Origin: Azolla caroliniana
Lineage: Eukaryota; Plantae; Polypodiophyta
Reading direction: 5' to 3'
Length of the DNA stretch: 64,000 nt
Assembly (NCBI GenBank): GCA_043228905.1
Contig: JBHGNT010000002.1
Span: 992,001 to 1,056,000 of the forward strand
The notes under the pieces are model-generated. The model saw nothing but the letters and a program-made list of their open reading frames with translations, did not search any database and was not told where the DNA came from. The position numbers and the translations under genes are program-made. Of this stretch, positions 34,208 through 47,869 are shown one piece after another; the stretch's first letter is position 1, and every line of letters begins with the position of its first letter.

Positions 34208-36619
34208 TTACAATGGACAAGAAAACACCACCACAGCATCTGCAAGATCACAAAACTCTCTTAGATATTGCCGGGCTGCCAAGAGTATCTCATCCTCATT
34301 TACTTCCGGCTTTATAGACATGTCCGCCTCACCAGGCTTCAGGGCAGCGGCACACCGATCTGCTTTGTTATTATATTTATTATTACTGTTGTTGCTATTG
34401 TTATTATTAGTAGTAGTATCATTCTCCTCGGCAGACATGTTTAGGTCGAGACCCAATGCCAAGCCAATATTGGGCCTCTTATTGTGGCCGTCATATGCAT
34501 CGTGATCGGGTTCATTTCCGTCACGCTTTCTTTTGTATGGGGTTGTTGGCTTCTCATTACTTTCCGGTTGACCAACGGCATCAGGAGCACCTGAACCTGA
34601 ACCGTCTCTCGTCTTCATGTCACGGCAATGGTTCTCTTTAAAATCCTCCCAACTTGTCCCCACACTACTAGTCATCAAGACGATGACATTACTGAAGTTA
34701 ACATCTCGCCCACATGAATCAGCAAGCCGGTTTCTCTCCATCGCGTGTAGTAACCTCGATCGGAACATTGAATCAGATTGCTCAAAATCTTCAAGCAATA
34801 CCACTGATGATGGATTTTGCCTTACTGCATCCACCAGTTGATCTAACGGCATTTTGCCTCTCGTACCACCTATGCTCCACTTCAAGGGAGACTCGACATT
34901 GCTGCCAAACGACAGGCAAATAGGTTTTTTCCCTTCCCCAAATAAAAGCTCCGACAAAGCTTCCGCCATTTGTCTCTTTCCCAACCTATCATAGCCCAAG
35001 AGAAGCAACCATGCGTCACTTCTGAAACTCAACCCTCGCCTTTTACCAAGCCCTGCTCGGCACTTGACGACGGTACTTGCAATTGTAGAAATGACTCCTG
35101 GTTGCCAACTGATCCTTTTGGCGAGTCCTTTGCAGATGCGGACCAGAATGTCTGGATCGATTGGTGGATACCCTCGTGATTGAGTATGCACAGGAATATT
35201 CGGTGATGCTGCTTCCGTAATGGGCGGCTTGGGTGGCGAAACGGCTGGGACGGGCAGCCATGGAAGACGGGATTTGGCTGGGCTACAGGCAGTTGAATCT
35301 TCCCGTATACGCTCTCGATGTGTGTTTGCTTGTATTACACGAGATTCATTGGCTTCCACAGTCGCGATGGGGATTGGCAGGCTCAAGCTCATGGTTCGAC
35401 CATTCATACCAGGGTAACGAAGACTTATCGGTCGAACATGCTCAACTGAAGAAGTTGCTGAATGATCTTTCAGGAAGCCAAATGTTTGATGTTCCTGGGA
35501 AAAGATTCACAATCCTTTGATGTTAAAAACTGAACTCTCGATCTTACACCTACACTGTAAGTTCTAAAAACAAACATAAACCCTAAATCTTGACATCACA
35601 CTGAGAATCAGAAGATAAAAGAAATCACATACCTGGCATCTACTGGAATTGCCTCCCGAGACTTGACTAGATGAAGGGGAAGGAAGTTGCGATATATTCA
35701 TCTGAGGGCCACTGCCACCACTGCTGCGGTCAGGGTGAAGGGTTCTACAAGTTTGGCTCCATTTCTTTTGCAATTCCTGCAATCTCTGGGGGATTGACAA
35801 GAGCTTTCCTTTCACCTGCAGTAGAGATCCAGGATTGAATTGTTTGATATGACAGATAAATAGATCCATATGTGTGTATGCATGGGTATGCATATGTGCA
35901 TGCATATACATGTCCGTATTGAGACAAATGCACACGCACTCATGCATGTAAATACAAGCATATCTTCAGACACACATATGAGTGGAGTTAATGTACAATT
36001 CAGATACACAGGATGTGTGTATCCATTCACATGCATACACAGTTCAGTTTCCTAACCTCAACAGGTGGAACACCATTTGAGTGAACATTGGGAAGTGCCT
36101 TTTGAAGCCACAAGGGAAGGTTCCCACCAATTGTAGTAGAACTAGTGTCTGCTCGTTGTGGTTCATCAATTGACCCCACCTTGTTACACACTTCAACAGA
36201 CGAGTTACAAGATTGTGGAGATTCAGACTGGATGTTCCCCTCTTGTTCTTGAAGTAAGAGAGCCTCTTTCTCATACTTTCTCGTACACTCTGGACAACAG
36301 GTGAGCTTCCCTTCATTATCCCCGGATCTCATCTTCGGTGGTGAAGAAATGAGAGAAAGCGACAGCAGTGAGTCGGGCCGATTCTCTTGAGAAATGCCAT
36401 ACCTATGACAACAAATATGAAGATTTTGAACATGAGGACAGGGTAGTTAATCCCAATGGAAGACTTTAGGAGATCTACTTCACAAATGAGACCACAATCG
36501 TAAAAATGTTTTAAGATTCGGATTTAGGGTTCCTGTAAGGGTTTAGGGTTCAAAGACCATGCTTATTAAATGGTTTAGGGTCTACAAAAACCAGTTTACA
36601 ACTTCCGAAAGACCAGACA

Positions 36620-36681
<62 letters not shown>

Positions 36682-38443
36682 AAAGACCATACTTAAAAAA
36701 AATGGTTCATGCTTTAGGGTTTAGAGTCCAAATACCATACTCATGTAAGGTTTAGGTTTTAGGTCTAGGGTTTTGTGTGGGTTTGAGGTTTCCAGTTTAC
36801 GGTTTACGTTTACGGTTGGGATCCACTATTTCTAGAAGACCATACTTGTTAAAAGATTTATAGTTTCAGGTTTCAATATCAGCTACTTCTTAAAGAACAC
36901 GATGATTACAAAGACTTGAGAGAAAATATTTATATGGTAAAACTCTCAAAGTTTATAACAGATGATGGATGAGATAGAAAACTAACCTGATTGACATATT
37001 CGGCATCCTTATACTGACTGGCACAGTTTGGAGATCCCATTGGCTTTCAAGAGTGGGATGAAGAAGCTGAATGCTCTGATAGGTTTGATGAGTGGTCATG
37101 CCAATGAGCCAGACCCGACCATCTAACCCATGGGTGGACAAGAGCTCCCTTATCTCATACACAGCATATTGAATGGGACAAAACCCCGATACTAGGCCAC
37201 CCATTCCAGATTGCAAAAGCCATTGCAAATCACCCAAGTTGATAATCACACCTCCCCCAGATCCACCTCCGATCTCTCGAATCGAATTGCTAAGTTCTCC
37301 AAACAATCTTTGCAAATCTTCCTTTGAAGCATTCATTAGTGACATGACCGAAAGATTGGCTGACAAGAGTTTAACTCCTCGTAGATGCTCAGATACATGA
37401 CCCCTCTCTAAAAGATGTGTCACTTCTCTTAGTGCAGAATCCGCCCGTGCCAAAGAATCACCCAAAAGCAAAGGATTCTTCTTCCTCCTCCTCTGAAGCA
37501 CATCTTCCACTTGCTTTGTGTGGTCATCTCCTCCTCCTCCTACTACTACACCTCCTCCAGGTCGGAACATGTTTTCAGGGCAACTAGGTTTAAGAAGAAT
37601 CGGATTCAAATACGGCGAGTGTGAAACCGATCTTTGCACCACTTGTGGTCGAATGGTTCGGTCTTGTGGTGGAAGAATGGCTGTCAAGTGAGGAGGCATC
37701 GAGAAACTGCTCAAAATGGATTGTTGTGAGTCATTGAAAATGGATTGTTGCCCACCCAAAACAGATTGTTGTTGACCACTCAAAACAGGATGTTGTTGAC
37801 CACCCAAAATAGGATGCTGGCCACCCAAGAAAGATTGGCCTAGCCGGAAACCCGATTGATCGACACCACCGAGACCAACACTGCCAGGATGGCGGAGATG
37901 ATTTTCGGGAGAATGCATGACATTAACCATCTCTTCGAGGTGGCTTTTCACATCGGTGCTATTGAAGCCCGCCTCTCGCATAACCCTACTAACGCTCGGA
38001 TCATCGAGGATGGAGATAACAAGCTGTTCGAGCTCGACCTTGACCGCGAGCAAGGGTTGTTGTTGCTGGTCAGGGCAGCCTCTTCTTTGGTGTGCTTGCG
38101 CTCGCTTAAGGGCAGCGATAAGGGCATTAGAATAAGCTGGTTGGCTGGTGGAGGAGGGAGAGAGCGGGGTGGGGGTGGGGGTGGGGGCAGATTGTAGGCG
38201 TTCAAGCGCGATGCTAAGGCAAAGTTCAAGAGCTCGGCATTGCGGGAGGTGGTTTGTGTGGGGGTGGGTCTGGAGGCACGCACGCCGGAGTGGGCTCGTG
38301 GGGGAGACAAGCAGTGTGGCTGCCACGTGAAGCGGGGTCGCTTGGGCGTGCCCACGCTTGCATGCATCAGCCACAGCATGTTTCAGCACTGCAGCCGCCT
38401 CAGAAGTTAGGGTTTGCTGAACCGTGCTCACTCCCGCTCTCAT
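34208..38443 (-). CDS. SMXL: SMAX1-LIKE / D53-like ClpB-related transcriptional repressor, ~1090 aa, 4 exons
   Basis: Exons 38443-36987, 36402-36057, 35815-35633 and 35494-34208, with GT-AG introns and consistent phases (3273 nt). Double Clp-N motifs MRAG..QQTLT.EAA.VL, HAQ.TPLHVAATLL, CRALELC, SNALIAALKRAQAHQRRG and SILDDPSVSRVMREAGF; also CCPEC, D2 GYDRLGK, RGKM, VVLLEDFE and EAR-like LGLDLN. Confidence 0.93.
36621..36680. repeat. (ACT)20 microsatellite in SMXL intron 1
   Basis: Direct reading. Confidence 0.95.
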
Positions 38444-39479
38444 GGCGGTACTGGGTAATGATGTTCGCGTTCTTTTAGGTTTAGGTTAGGGTTTGGATTT
38501 GGATTTGGATTTGGATTTGGACGCCTATTCCAATTAGCTTGTCCAAATTCTTCGGAGCGCCTGTCCACTTCAGGATGAGGTTCGCCGTTTGTTTTGGATG
38601 GGAAGACAGTGTTTAAGCTTGTTTCGTTTAGGGTTGGTTTAGAGCCTTAATGGTTTGGGTTTGGATTTGGATTTGGCTGCCAAATTAGATACTGTGTGGT
38701 ATGGATGGACCACCTATTTCAGGATTAGGTTAACACTTGTTTTGGGGACAGCCACATTCAGATGGCTGCCTGCCTGATTCGATACCTTTGTTTTGGATGG
38801 AGTGCCCTATTCCAAGGTGAGCTTTTGTGCTCGAAATGGGGCCACCTTAACCTGCCTTAATCTGAGATCTTCTTTGTTTGCTATAGCCTCGAGGTTCTAT
38901 AGTTTCCTGGCGATCCGAGAGTCTACATTTTTCGGTAGTCGGGGCCAAGCAAGCCCCGACAGGGTTTCCATGAAGAGATGCAGGATGGATATATCAGAAT
39001 TCTCAATCTCTTATACAATTCTCTCTCTCTTTCAAAGATCTATGCACTGTAAAGAAAAAAAAATATGATCTTCGTCTTCTTCTTCTTCTTCTTCTTCTGT
39101 GTGTGTGTTTACTCCTCTGTTTCTTTTGCAAAAGTGGGGAAGAACCTATAGTATTAATGCTCTGTATTGCTAGCACCTCAGTTTCTTAGCCAAAGCAAAA
39201 CAAAAAAAAATATAACAAAAAGCTTTCTTCTACAAATGCTCTGTTTCCTTGCAAAAGAAGAGAGAAAAATCTATGATCTTCTGAATGGAAGGAATCTCTG
39301 TCTCTGTGTCCTTTCTGTGTCTTATCTTTGCTTCCTCTGATACACTAATTCTCTGCCTCTCTTGAGGCATGTGTGGTCTTCATAGATGGGGAAGGGAGCT
39401 ATGGAAAACCAAGTAAATGGAAGGGGTTCTTTGTTTTTCTCTCTGATGAGAGGAATTGAGAGAGGTAATGGGGAAGGGA

Positions 39480-39482
39480 GAA

Positions 39483-39513
<31 letters not shown>

Positions 39514-39660
39514 CAAGACAAGAACAAAAACCCACTTTCCCTCATACACACCTGTTTCTGTGTGTTAAAAAGGGAGAGAGAGAGAGAGAGAGAGATGTGG
39601 AGCCTTTCTCTCCCCTTTCTCTGTGTAATATAAACATAATATGTCTATTTTTTTTCCTCT

Positions 39661-39691
<31 letters not shown>

Positions 39692-39749
39692 AGACTTTTC
39701 TCTCTACCTCCCCACTTTTTCTCTAGTTACTAAACTAATCTGCAGCACC

Positions 39750-39790
<41 letters not shown>

Positions 39791-40120
39791 GATCCCCTGT
39801 TCCCAAAAGAGTCCAACTCTGCCTCTCCATCTACCTCTAACTATAACTCTTGACTCTCTAACTCTACCTCTAACTCTAACTCTAACTCTGCCTATCTATC
39901 CCTTAACTCTAACTCTAACTCTAACTCTAACTCTTTGACTCTTTGCGTCTCCATTCTAACTCTGCCTCTATCTCGTCCATCCCCTCCCGTCCGGTCAATG
40001 TGTCCGAAGCTTACGTACACAAGGTTTTAGACAATTTGCCCACCTGATCTATCTTTCGCCTAACTTCTAAGGAATGAATCCCTCCCTCACCAAAGCAGAG
40101 AGAGAGAGAGAGAGAGAGAG
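39480..40120 (-). promoter_or_regulatory. GA/CT-repeat-rich upstream region of SMXL, with a (CTCTAA)n tract
   Basis: Multiple (GA)n/(CT)n runs and CTCTAA hexamer repeats at about 39833-39965, 1-1.7 kb upstream of the start codon. A regulatory role is inferred only. Confidence 0.4.
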
Positions 40121-43100
40121 ACCCCCTCCCGTACCACCATTTTGTCCTCTTTCGACTCGCAAAATGGCCACGTGTCCCCCTTTATGCTTGCTTACATGAC
40201 ACTTTGTGTTCACAAATCGAACACATCTAGAGAGGACCATACACCCATGTGATAACATGTATGCTCCTCCCTCACTTCCTCTCCTTTGATATCTCAACAC
40301 TTGGAAAGGTCAATATATTGGTTCGTCACACTTCGTGCATGCAATGTGAAAGAAGCGAGGCCAGACGCTCCATAAGTGTACTTGACCAGAGACAACCTAC
40401 CCCTTTTTCCAAGGAGGCATATCTTGCAATCTCGGCCGTCCCCTGATGAATAAAGTTTCCATTCCCTTGTCCCACACACGTTGTGTACACTATAATATCT
40501 CCCATCCCCCCCACCCTTTATCTCATAAATATGTAGATATAGATATACGCGCAAAGATAATATAGTATGACACTGTATTAGGTGGCCACATACATCCACT
40601 ATACTTATGTATGGTATCCATATTCATGATCATATATTGTACAATGGAACATTATAAAAGAAAGGGTGCCAAAGGTGTCCTAAAAAGGTGAAAGGACTAC
40701 CTGTCTTCCTTTATTAAAATGCTCATTGGTCCAAAACATTTCAACCAAAGTACTCATGAGTGACACCTCTCTTCATATTTAGCCCATGTGTACATGTCTT
40801 CCATGTCATGCCAACACAAGGTTTTATTGTTTTACTCCCTACATACATTGAATCCTTGGAGTGTTTGACATGAGAGGGTGTCTAATGTTGACTAGATAAG
40901 GGCAATGCACGCCTAGCACTCCTCGACCGCAACTCCTTCTTACTAAAAGCTCGTACACATGCATCATTTGCTTTGCGATTATTGTTTGAGACACTCGCTT
41001 GCATTTCTCAAAGTTGTACAAGGTTCTACTTTTTGCCAATTTATTTTGTTCTTGCTATGAACCCATCTATTGGCATCATTGTTCTTGCCCCCCCCCTCCC
41101 GACCACCATTCCTTGCTAAAAGCTCTTCCACTTGTAAATCTATGTACACTAATTACCATTTTTGATATTTGCTTGCATTGGTTATCTTTACACATTGCTC
41201 CGTTTTGTTGCCACACTAAGGGTATTATGTACCTAATGTGCCCAAATGTCATTCATCTCCATTCATCTCCTTGCATGATAATTGCCACATTCAACATAAT
41301 AAAGATTTTGGAGTGCGACATGCCTAGCATTCTCCTTATACTCACTAAGAGCATTTACATGTGTAGCCTTGATTGGACTCACTTACGAGTTTGAGCATTG
41401 TGCATCTTAAATGCTATGTCCTTGCATGATTCTTGGTCAAAAAAATAAAACATCTATGATATTTGTGTTTAGCCTTGACAAATGATTTTGATTCACCTTG
41501 TTGACACTCGAAACATGTAGAAGCTCTTGGGTTAAGATCATGTTTTGAGCATTCTAGTTACTTATCATTTCACCCACCTCTACTCAAGTTTTAAACCCAA
41601 TAAAAGAACTTTATTATTTTGTTTATGTTTTGGCACACAAGTAAGTTGTGCATTGCAATATCCCAGCTAAGCAAATTACAGCTCAAAAACAAATTAAAGC
41701 CAAAGAATTATCTCGACACCAACCCATTACCTTACCATTGCTTTTGATGCATAAGATGTGCGAGTTAGCTAGGTGCATACTCATATCCAAACTTCCAACA
41801 TAACCACAAGTCAATTTTTGAGATCATTTCTTTTCTCACTTTCTAATTCCATTAATTAAGTTGCCTTTTCTAGAGCTAACATTAATCACATTGGAGATAA
41901 AAAAGAGAAGGGTGAGAGGGCATTATTGGATGATATTGTTGTTGCTTGAAACTTGCATATTCACAAGAAAGACTCTGCCAGTATATGACGCCAAATGTGA
42001 GCCCCATATAATTTTGATGTATCATGCGATTGGCATGCTATTTTTCAGATGAAAACTTTTAATAACTTTTAAACCCCATGATTTTGAAAGGTAAGGCCCT
42101 TTCCCTCTTCAGCCAAAAATATGTGTTGTATCCCTAAAAGAAGACATAAAAGAGGTAAGCCCACAACATGTATCCCAACTATAAACAATTGTAAAACTTA
42201 CCAAAACATGCTTATATGTGTTGAAGTCAAAAAACATGCTCATTTCATTGCTAAATCGCCTATGTATGTTTCGCCAAAGTTTTGACAATATAATTTGGGA
42301 GCCACCTATAGCTGTAGCTTGGAAAGGAGTGCCTTGTCTTAGGTGGCTCAATCACCATTCTTATAGACTACTATAACTCTTCACATTACACAAGAGCCAA
42401 GTAAGTATTTTAAAGAAAAGGTTATGCAATTCAAAAATATATTTTTTCTCTCTTATTTTGATTGTTTACAACATGCAATCTAGTGTTTCACCACCTTGTT
42501 ATCAGAAGGCTATCAATCTATAGAAATACAAGAAAAATTTGGAATACCAATTGATGTATTCTGTGCAACTTTTCGTTTTTCTAAAATAGTCATAAATAAA
42601 AGCCATTTGGATTTGTTTGCATGGATGACGAATATCAATAATCTTAGCTCTATAATTATCCACTTGGTCAGCACCAAACACGATTTATACTATGCAAAAT
42701 TTATATACAAGAGATTGACATGTATGCACTATTATTGTAAGTGCATGCTATAATTTAGGAGGATGTAAGTTGAGAGAGATGTTATACTATGCCCCCCAAC
42801 ATGATGAAGATATCTCTTCAAGTGCCTTGTGGTTACAACGGACAATTTACAACGATATTCCTTAGGCAACAAAAGGTGGTTGTAGTTATGTCTAGTAATG
42901 CAACTTCAGAGGTTAGGGCTTGCACCATTGTAATAAAAAAAGTCAATAAAATAGGTAGTTGTTGAGGAGAAAGATGGAAGATCATAGTGTGGAAATCAAA
43001 GGCATATTATAGGTCATGCATATAGATACATTATTTTTGTAAAATCTCTTAAAGACTAGCCATGTCTTGACACCCAAATGACACAAGACCATGTTTTTAT

Positions 43101-43735
43101 CACCTTATGCAAATAGGTGTGCACAATGTATCCTTGATGTCACCTTGAGGGTTACAAACTTTGGACTAAATCTTAGAACCCTATCTTTGATAAGGGTATA
43201 TACGAATGCAGATTTGGACTAAATCCTAGAACCTTGTCCTTGATAGGGGTATAGGTGGAATGCTGATTAGCACAATGAATTCTTTTAACTCCAGTTGTCA
43301 TGCTTCACATAATGTGCATAGATGATGAAGGGAAAATAAAATGATAGCGTAATAGTCATCCTTTCGAGCAACCATTTTCATGCAACGATAAAAAACATTG
43401 TCCTATTTATCCTTGGAAATCATACTTCATATTGTCAATGTAATAATTTAGAAATAGGATCGAACACTCATGGCACCAAGCAACCTTTGCTTGGGGGATC
43501 ATTTCTTTTTGTCTCAATTTTAAGCAACACATCTTGAATGGACATTGGAGGCAAAGACATTGGAGTAGTAGCTAGAGAAGTTACTTTAGCACCAATCCTA
43601 CTAGATATTGCAAAGTTCTTACTATCCAACATTCAAGCGTTCATGATTCATGTTATTGTATTAATATTACTAAAAGGTGTTCCATTTGTGTCCAACCTCA
43701 TTTAATTCTTGTTAGCTAGGCTCATCGATCCAAGG

Positions 43736-44134
43736 TGTGAAAGGGCTGGAAGGCCGAAAAGAGGAAGTAGCCAGACAAGTACGAGTAATATCTAAGGCCG
43801 AATAAATATGGCAAGTAGAAAAAATGTAAAATACTAGGAGTAGTTATAATTGTTTTGTTAGTTGCTGAAAACGGCATGAACTTTCTTGATGTAACCTATC
43901 CATGCTTCCTATAAAAAGGGGCATGAAGCATTGTAAAAACTATCGGTCTGTAAGTGTTTATCAGTCTTAATATAATTTTTATTTGGGAATATGATGTCTA
44001 TGTTTTTCTGAGTATATTTCTAAGTGTACTATTTATTGTGTAAGCCGATCGGTTGTAATTGACACAAACAGTGTGCCGATCACTTGTACCAAGCAACCGA
44101 TCAGGTATAATTTGTGTGATTAACCTTTCTATCA
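43736..44134 (+). mobile_element. Possible old solo LTR
   Basis: TGTGAAAGG...CCTTTC terminal inverted match and an internal CTATAAAAAGGGG TATA-like box. The TSD is not convincing. Confidence 0.35.
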
Positions 44135-45647
44135 ATATGTGACTAGTAAGTGTAAGCCCATACCTCCAACCACAAACCTTGGTAAGGTTCCTTGGGGATT
44201 AAGTATTTGACCCGTGTTTACCAAGAGGGTATAACACAATTTGGCATGCCTCGCACGAGTGAACCATAAGAGATTAAGAGGACAAATAAATGCAAAGGTG
44301 GACATTAAGATTAGCATTTCTTTTAGTATTAGGTGCTATAGAAAAAGGGGTGTAGGACATGGGAAAAAGGCATGGTGCATGCGACAATGAAAAAGCACCC
44401 ACTATTTTTATGTGAGCGAGAGCCTCTCGAAATACTATAAAAGGGTGAAAAGGGCTCATTGTTAGGAGTGGTTAGAAACAAGGCAGAAGGATTATTGATA
44501 TCCGGAGAAAGCCAAGGGGTTGTGAATCAAGAGACATGCAAGATCAACAATGACAAAGGCAATGTGGCCATTATTCGTCGAGACATTGCATCGAAACTCG
44601 AGGATCTCCCCCCTGAAGCTATATTCGCGCGCGTGAATTATCATCTTACCAAAAATTTCGAACAATAGGAGTCAAACCCGCCACGTTGATCAGAACCAAC
44701 GTCTTGTCCACCGGATGACACCTGAAGTTAGGGAAAATAAACACGTTTTTTAAAAATTACTTGAGCGTCCCCCACAAGGCTATAAAAGTAGATGGAGGAA
44801 AAAGGGAGCCTTCGACTAGGGTCAAAGGCCCCCCCTTTGACTAAACATTCAACTAGAACGTTCTAGTTGAACGTCCAACTAGTCGAACAAGGACTAACCA
44901 ACATTCGAGTCGAATGCCTATGCAACTCTTCTCCTTCGTTGCCACCACTTGTGATCGCCGTCACCATCGCTATCCGTTGTCGCGGCTAACACCAACCGTC
45001 ACGGGTGATGTCAACCAACATTCTCCATTAAAAAACTATACAAATATGCATACACACACACACACACACATAAATATTTATGTATAAACAAAATAAATTA
45101 AAATAGAATAACAAACAATAATATTCATAAAGAAGAAGTAATTAAATAAATAATAAGTAATAAAAAATTGTTGTTATTATTATTATTATTATTAAATAAA
45201 GTATTAAAATATAATAATTAAACAAAGAAATGAACAAAAATAAATAGATAATATGTAAATAAATAAAATAAAATAAAATAACCATTACTTATAAATGTTA
45301 ATAATAACTATATTAGCAAAATAAAATAGGGAAATAAATAAATAAAATAATAAGAATACTAATAATAGTAACGAAAATACTTACCACTCTCCTCGACAAA
45401 TACCTATACACACTCAACTTGGCGTGCATGAAAAATAGTCACATGCAGTTTATGCGATTCCACAAATAAAAATTTAAGTAAAATCCAACCTCGACAAAAA
45501 GAAAGCTAGAGTGAACGTTGACATCCTTGAACACTAAACCTAGAAAACTCAAGTCAACCCATGCTATGTGGTTCAAGTCCCCGATGGTCCTGCTCAAAAA
45601 TCACATACACGCGTGTAACTTCGTGACATTGTATTCTATAAGTACAT

Positions 45648-45920
45648 GTAAAATATGTTACATACGTGTCAAGTTTTTCTAAAATTATTTTTTTATTCTT
45701 TTTAACTTTTGAGAAATGTTAAATACTTGTTAAATACGTTGAATACTTGGAGTACATGAAATATGCGAATAAAAAATTAATAGTATATGTAAAATATGTT
45801 ACATATGTGTCAAATTTTAAAGTTTTTCTAAAATTATTGTTTTGATTCTATTTTACTTTTGAGAAATGTTAAATACTTGTTAAATACGTTGAATACTTGG
45901 AATACATGAAATACGTGAAA
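45648..45920. repeat. Degenerate tandem duplication (~140-bp unit)
   Basis: GTAAAATATGTTACATA...GAGAAATGTTAAATACTTGTTAAATACGTTGAATACTTGG is present twice. Confidence 0.8.
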
Positions 45921-46326
45921 TATTTTGAAATGGTAGTTCTAAAACATAGAATATGTGTTGAATACTTCAGAGTATTCTAAACAAAGAATATGCACTTTTT
46001 AACAACTATGGATTTTACAAAATTCTTCTCCATAATTATAATAGACAACTACCTCTATGCACAATATGTTTACACTCCATCTACACCCGTTTGGTGTATG
46101 CATCTACATTTGGAAGGTGTAGGAAGCCTATAATGCCAACTCTTGCCGTATGGCTATGTATTCTGACCCTCGACTCGCTCTCACATGTTGACCCACGCGA
46201 TCAATGATCGTGATCAAACATTAACTGATAACTAGTGATAAGGATCTAATTGCCAATAAATCCGTATCAATGCACAACACTACTCGAGACAACTAGCAAA
46301 GAGCGCATTTATTATGGCCTCCATGA

Positions 46327-46473
46327 TATTTTCCAACGTAAATGACTTTAACAATATAATCCACTTCTTCTTAGCACACTTTCGAATAAAGTCATATTGC
46401 AACTTCATGTACACGGTCCTTGTGTGGAAGGTTATATTCCATGCCAATATGATCAAACTCTAATTGTCATTGT
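46327..46473 (-). mobile_element. Highly degraded copia RNase H remnant
   Basis: NDN*SLIILAWNITFHTRTVYMKLQYDFIRK resembles the copia DNQSAI.LA.N..FH.RTKHI...YHFIR motif. Confidence 0.5.
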
Positions 46474-46480
46474 CAAAGGT

Positions 46481-46642
46481 TAGGCTTTAGCAAATCACTC
46501 TCATGTCAACAACTAGATGGGAGAGACACAATGCTTTGTTGTAATAATTCTTCTATTATCACAATAGGCTTTAGCAGATCACCCTCATGTCAACAACTAG
46601 ATGGGAGAGACACGATGCTTCATTGTAATAATTCTTTTATTC
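46481..46642. repeat. Tandem duplication (~84-bp unit)
   Basis: TAGGCTTTAGCA.ATCAC.CTCATGTCAACAACTAGATGGGAGAGACAC occurs at 46481 and 46565. Confidence 0.85.
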
Positions 46643-46939
46643 TTGATGCCTTCATGCAATCCTAGCGTCTCTACAATTTCAATGATGTATCCCACAATTA
46701 TATTTCTATTGTTTGCACAACTAATGTAGTCCATGCTCGAGTGACAAAGCATTGATCTCTTCAATCCTTATGGATAATGAGTTTGTCAATTGTCTCACAT
46801 TCCCGTCACCACCAAGGTTACTACTTACACTCACTAGGAAGATTAAATATTCCTTTTTAAGGCCATTTTGGTGGTAGTTGTAGAAATCAAAGAATAAAAG
46901 GTTAAGTCACTTGAGGTAGGTGCAAGGAAGCAAAAATTG

Positions 46940-47280
46940 AATCACATTAGTTGTATGCTACAGTTGGTGTCCTTATTTGTTCTTCATCCAATCTCATATT
47001 CAAGTGACAGAGAGTGAGAGCCTTCTCTTGGTTAGGAGTGGAAAAGAATGAAGGAAGGGGAATAGGGTTATCATCGATTATGCTTGGGGGAACTAATTTC
47101 AATTATCTTGAAGGTTGGATCACATTAGCTACACGTTACTCTTGGTGTCCTTAGTTTTTCATCATTCAATCTCATATTTTGAGTGACATAGAGTGAGAGC
47201 CTCTTCTATTGGTCAAGAGTGGAGGTGAATTAAGGAATGGGAATAGAGTTAGCATTGGTTCTACTTGGGGGAACTGATTT
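46940..47280. repeat. Diverged tandem duplication (~178-bp unit)
   Basis: ATCACATTAG...GGTGTCCTTA...AATCTCATATT...GAGTGAGAG...GGGGGAACT is present twice. Confidence 0.75.
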
Positions 47281-47869
47281 CGATAACCAATTTATCTTCT
47301 TTTTGTATTTTCTATATTATTTCAGGTCAACCGGCTTATCTACTCTGACTTTGTCGTTTTCATACACTCGGTGGAGAGGGACTTCTTTTCATTAGAGAGG
47401 GGAAGGCCTTTAAGGATGTATTGGATGACTTTGCTTGGGGGAGTCAATTCAACATAATTTTTTGTATGGTTCTTATTGTGTAGATGATGGATGGGAAGGA
47501 TGAGGGAATAAAGACAATAAGGTTGTTTGGTTTGCCTTTGCTTGGGGAAGTCGTCCTTATAGGTGGAAAGAATAAAAAAAACAATTTTTAAAAATCTAAG
47601 TTTGTGGTAGAGATGGATGATGTTAATGGAGGACGAAGCATTTCTAAGGAATGACAGGGAAGCTTGATTATGTGTTGATTTAATTTTTAAATTTGGGGAG
47701 TGGTTTTCTCATTTTTCTTGTGTGGATGAGTGGAGACAAATTGTGAAAGTCTTTATCACTTTGATAACATGCCCTACATCTTTCTGTCATCGGCATACAT
47801 TTTTCGACTCCATCCATTGGAATTCATTGGCAAAGACTCGATCAAATTGCAAGGATTTCTAAAGTTGGT

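Noticed and set aside
38166-38187. G-quadruplex-like GGGGT repeat, recalling JULGI control of SMXL4/5
   Set aside because: It lies on the template strand inside the CDS (encoding PTPTPTP), not in the mRNA 5' UTR.
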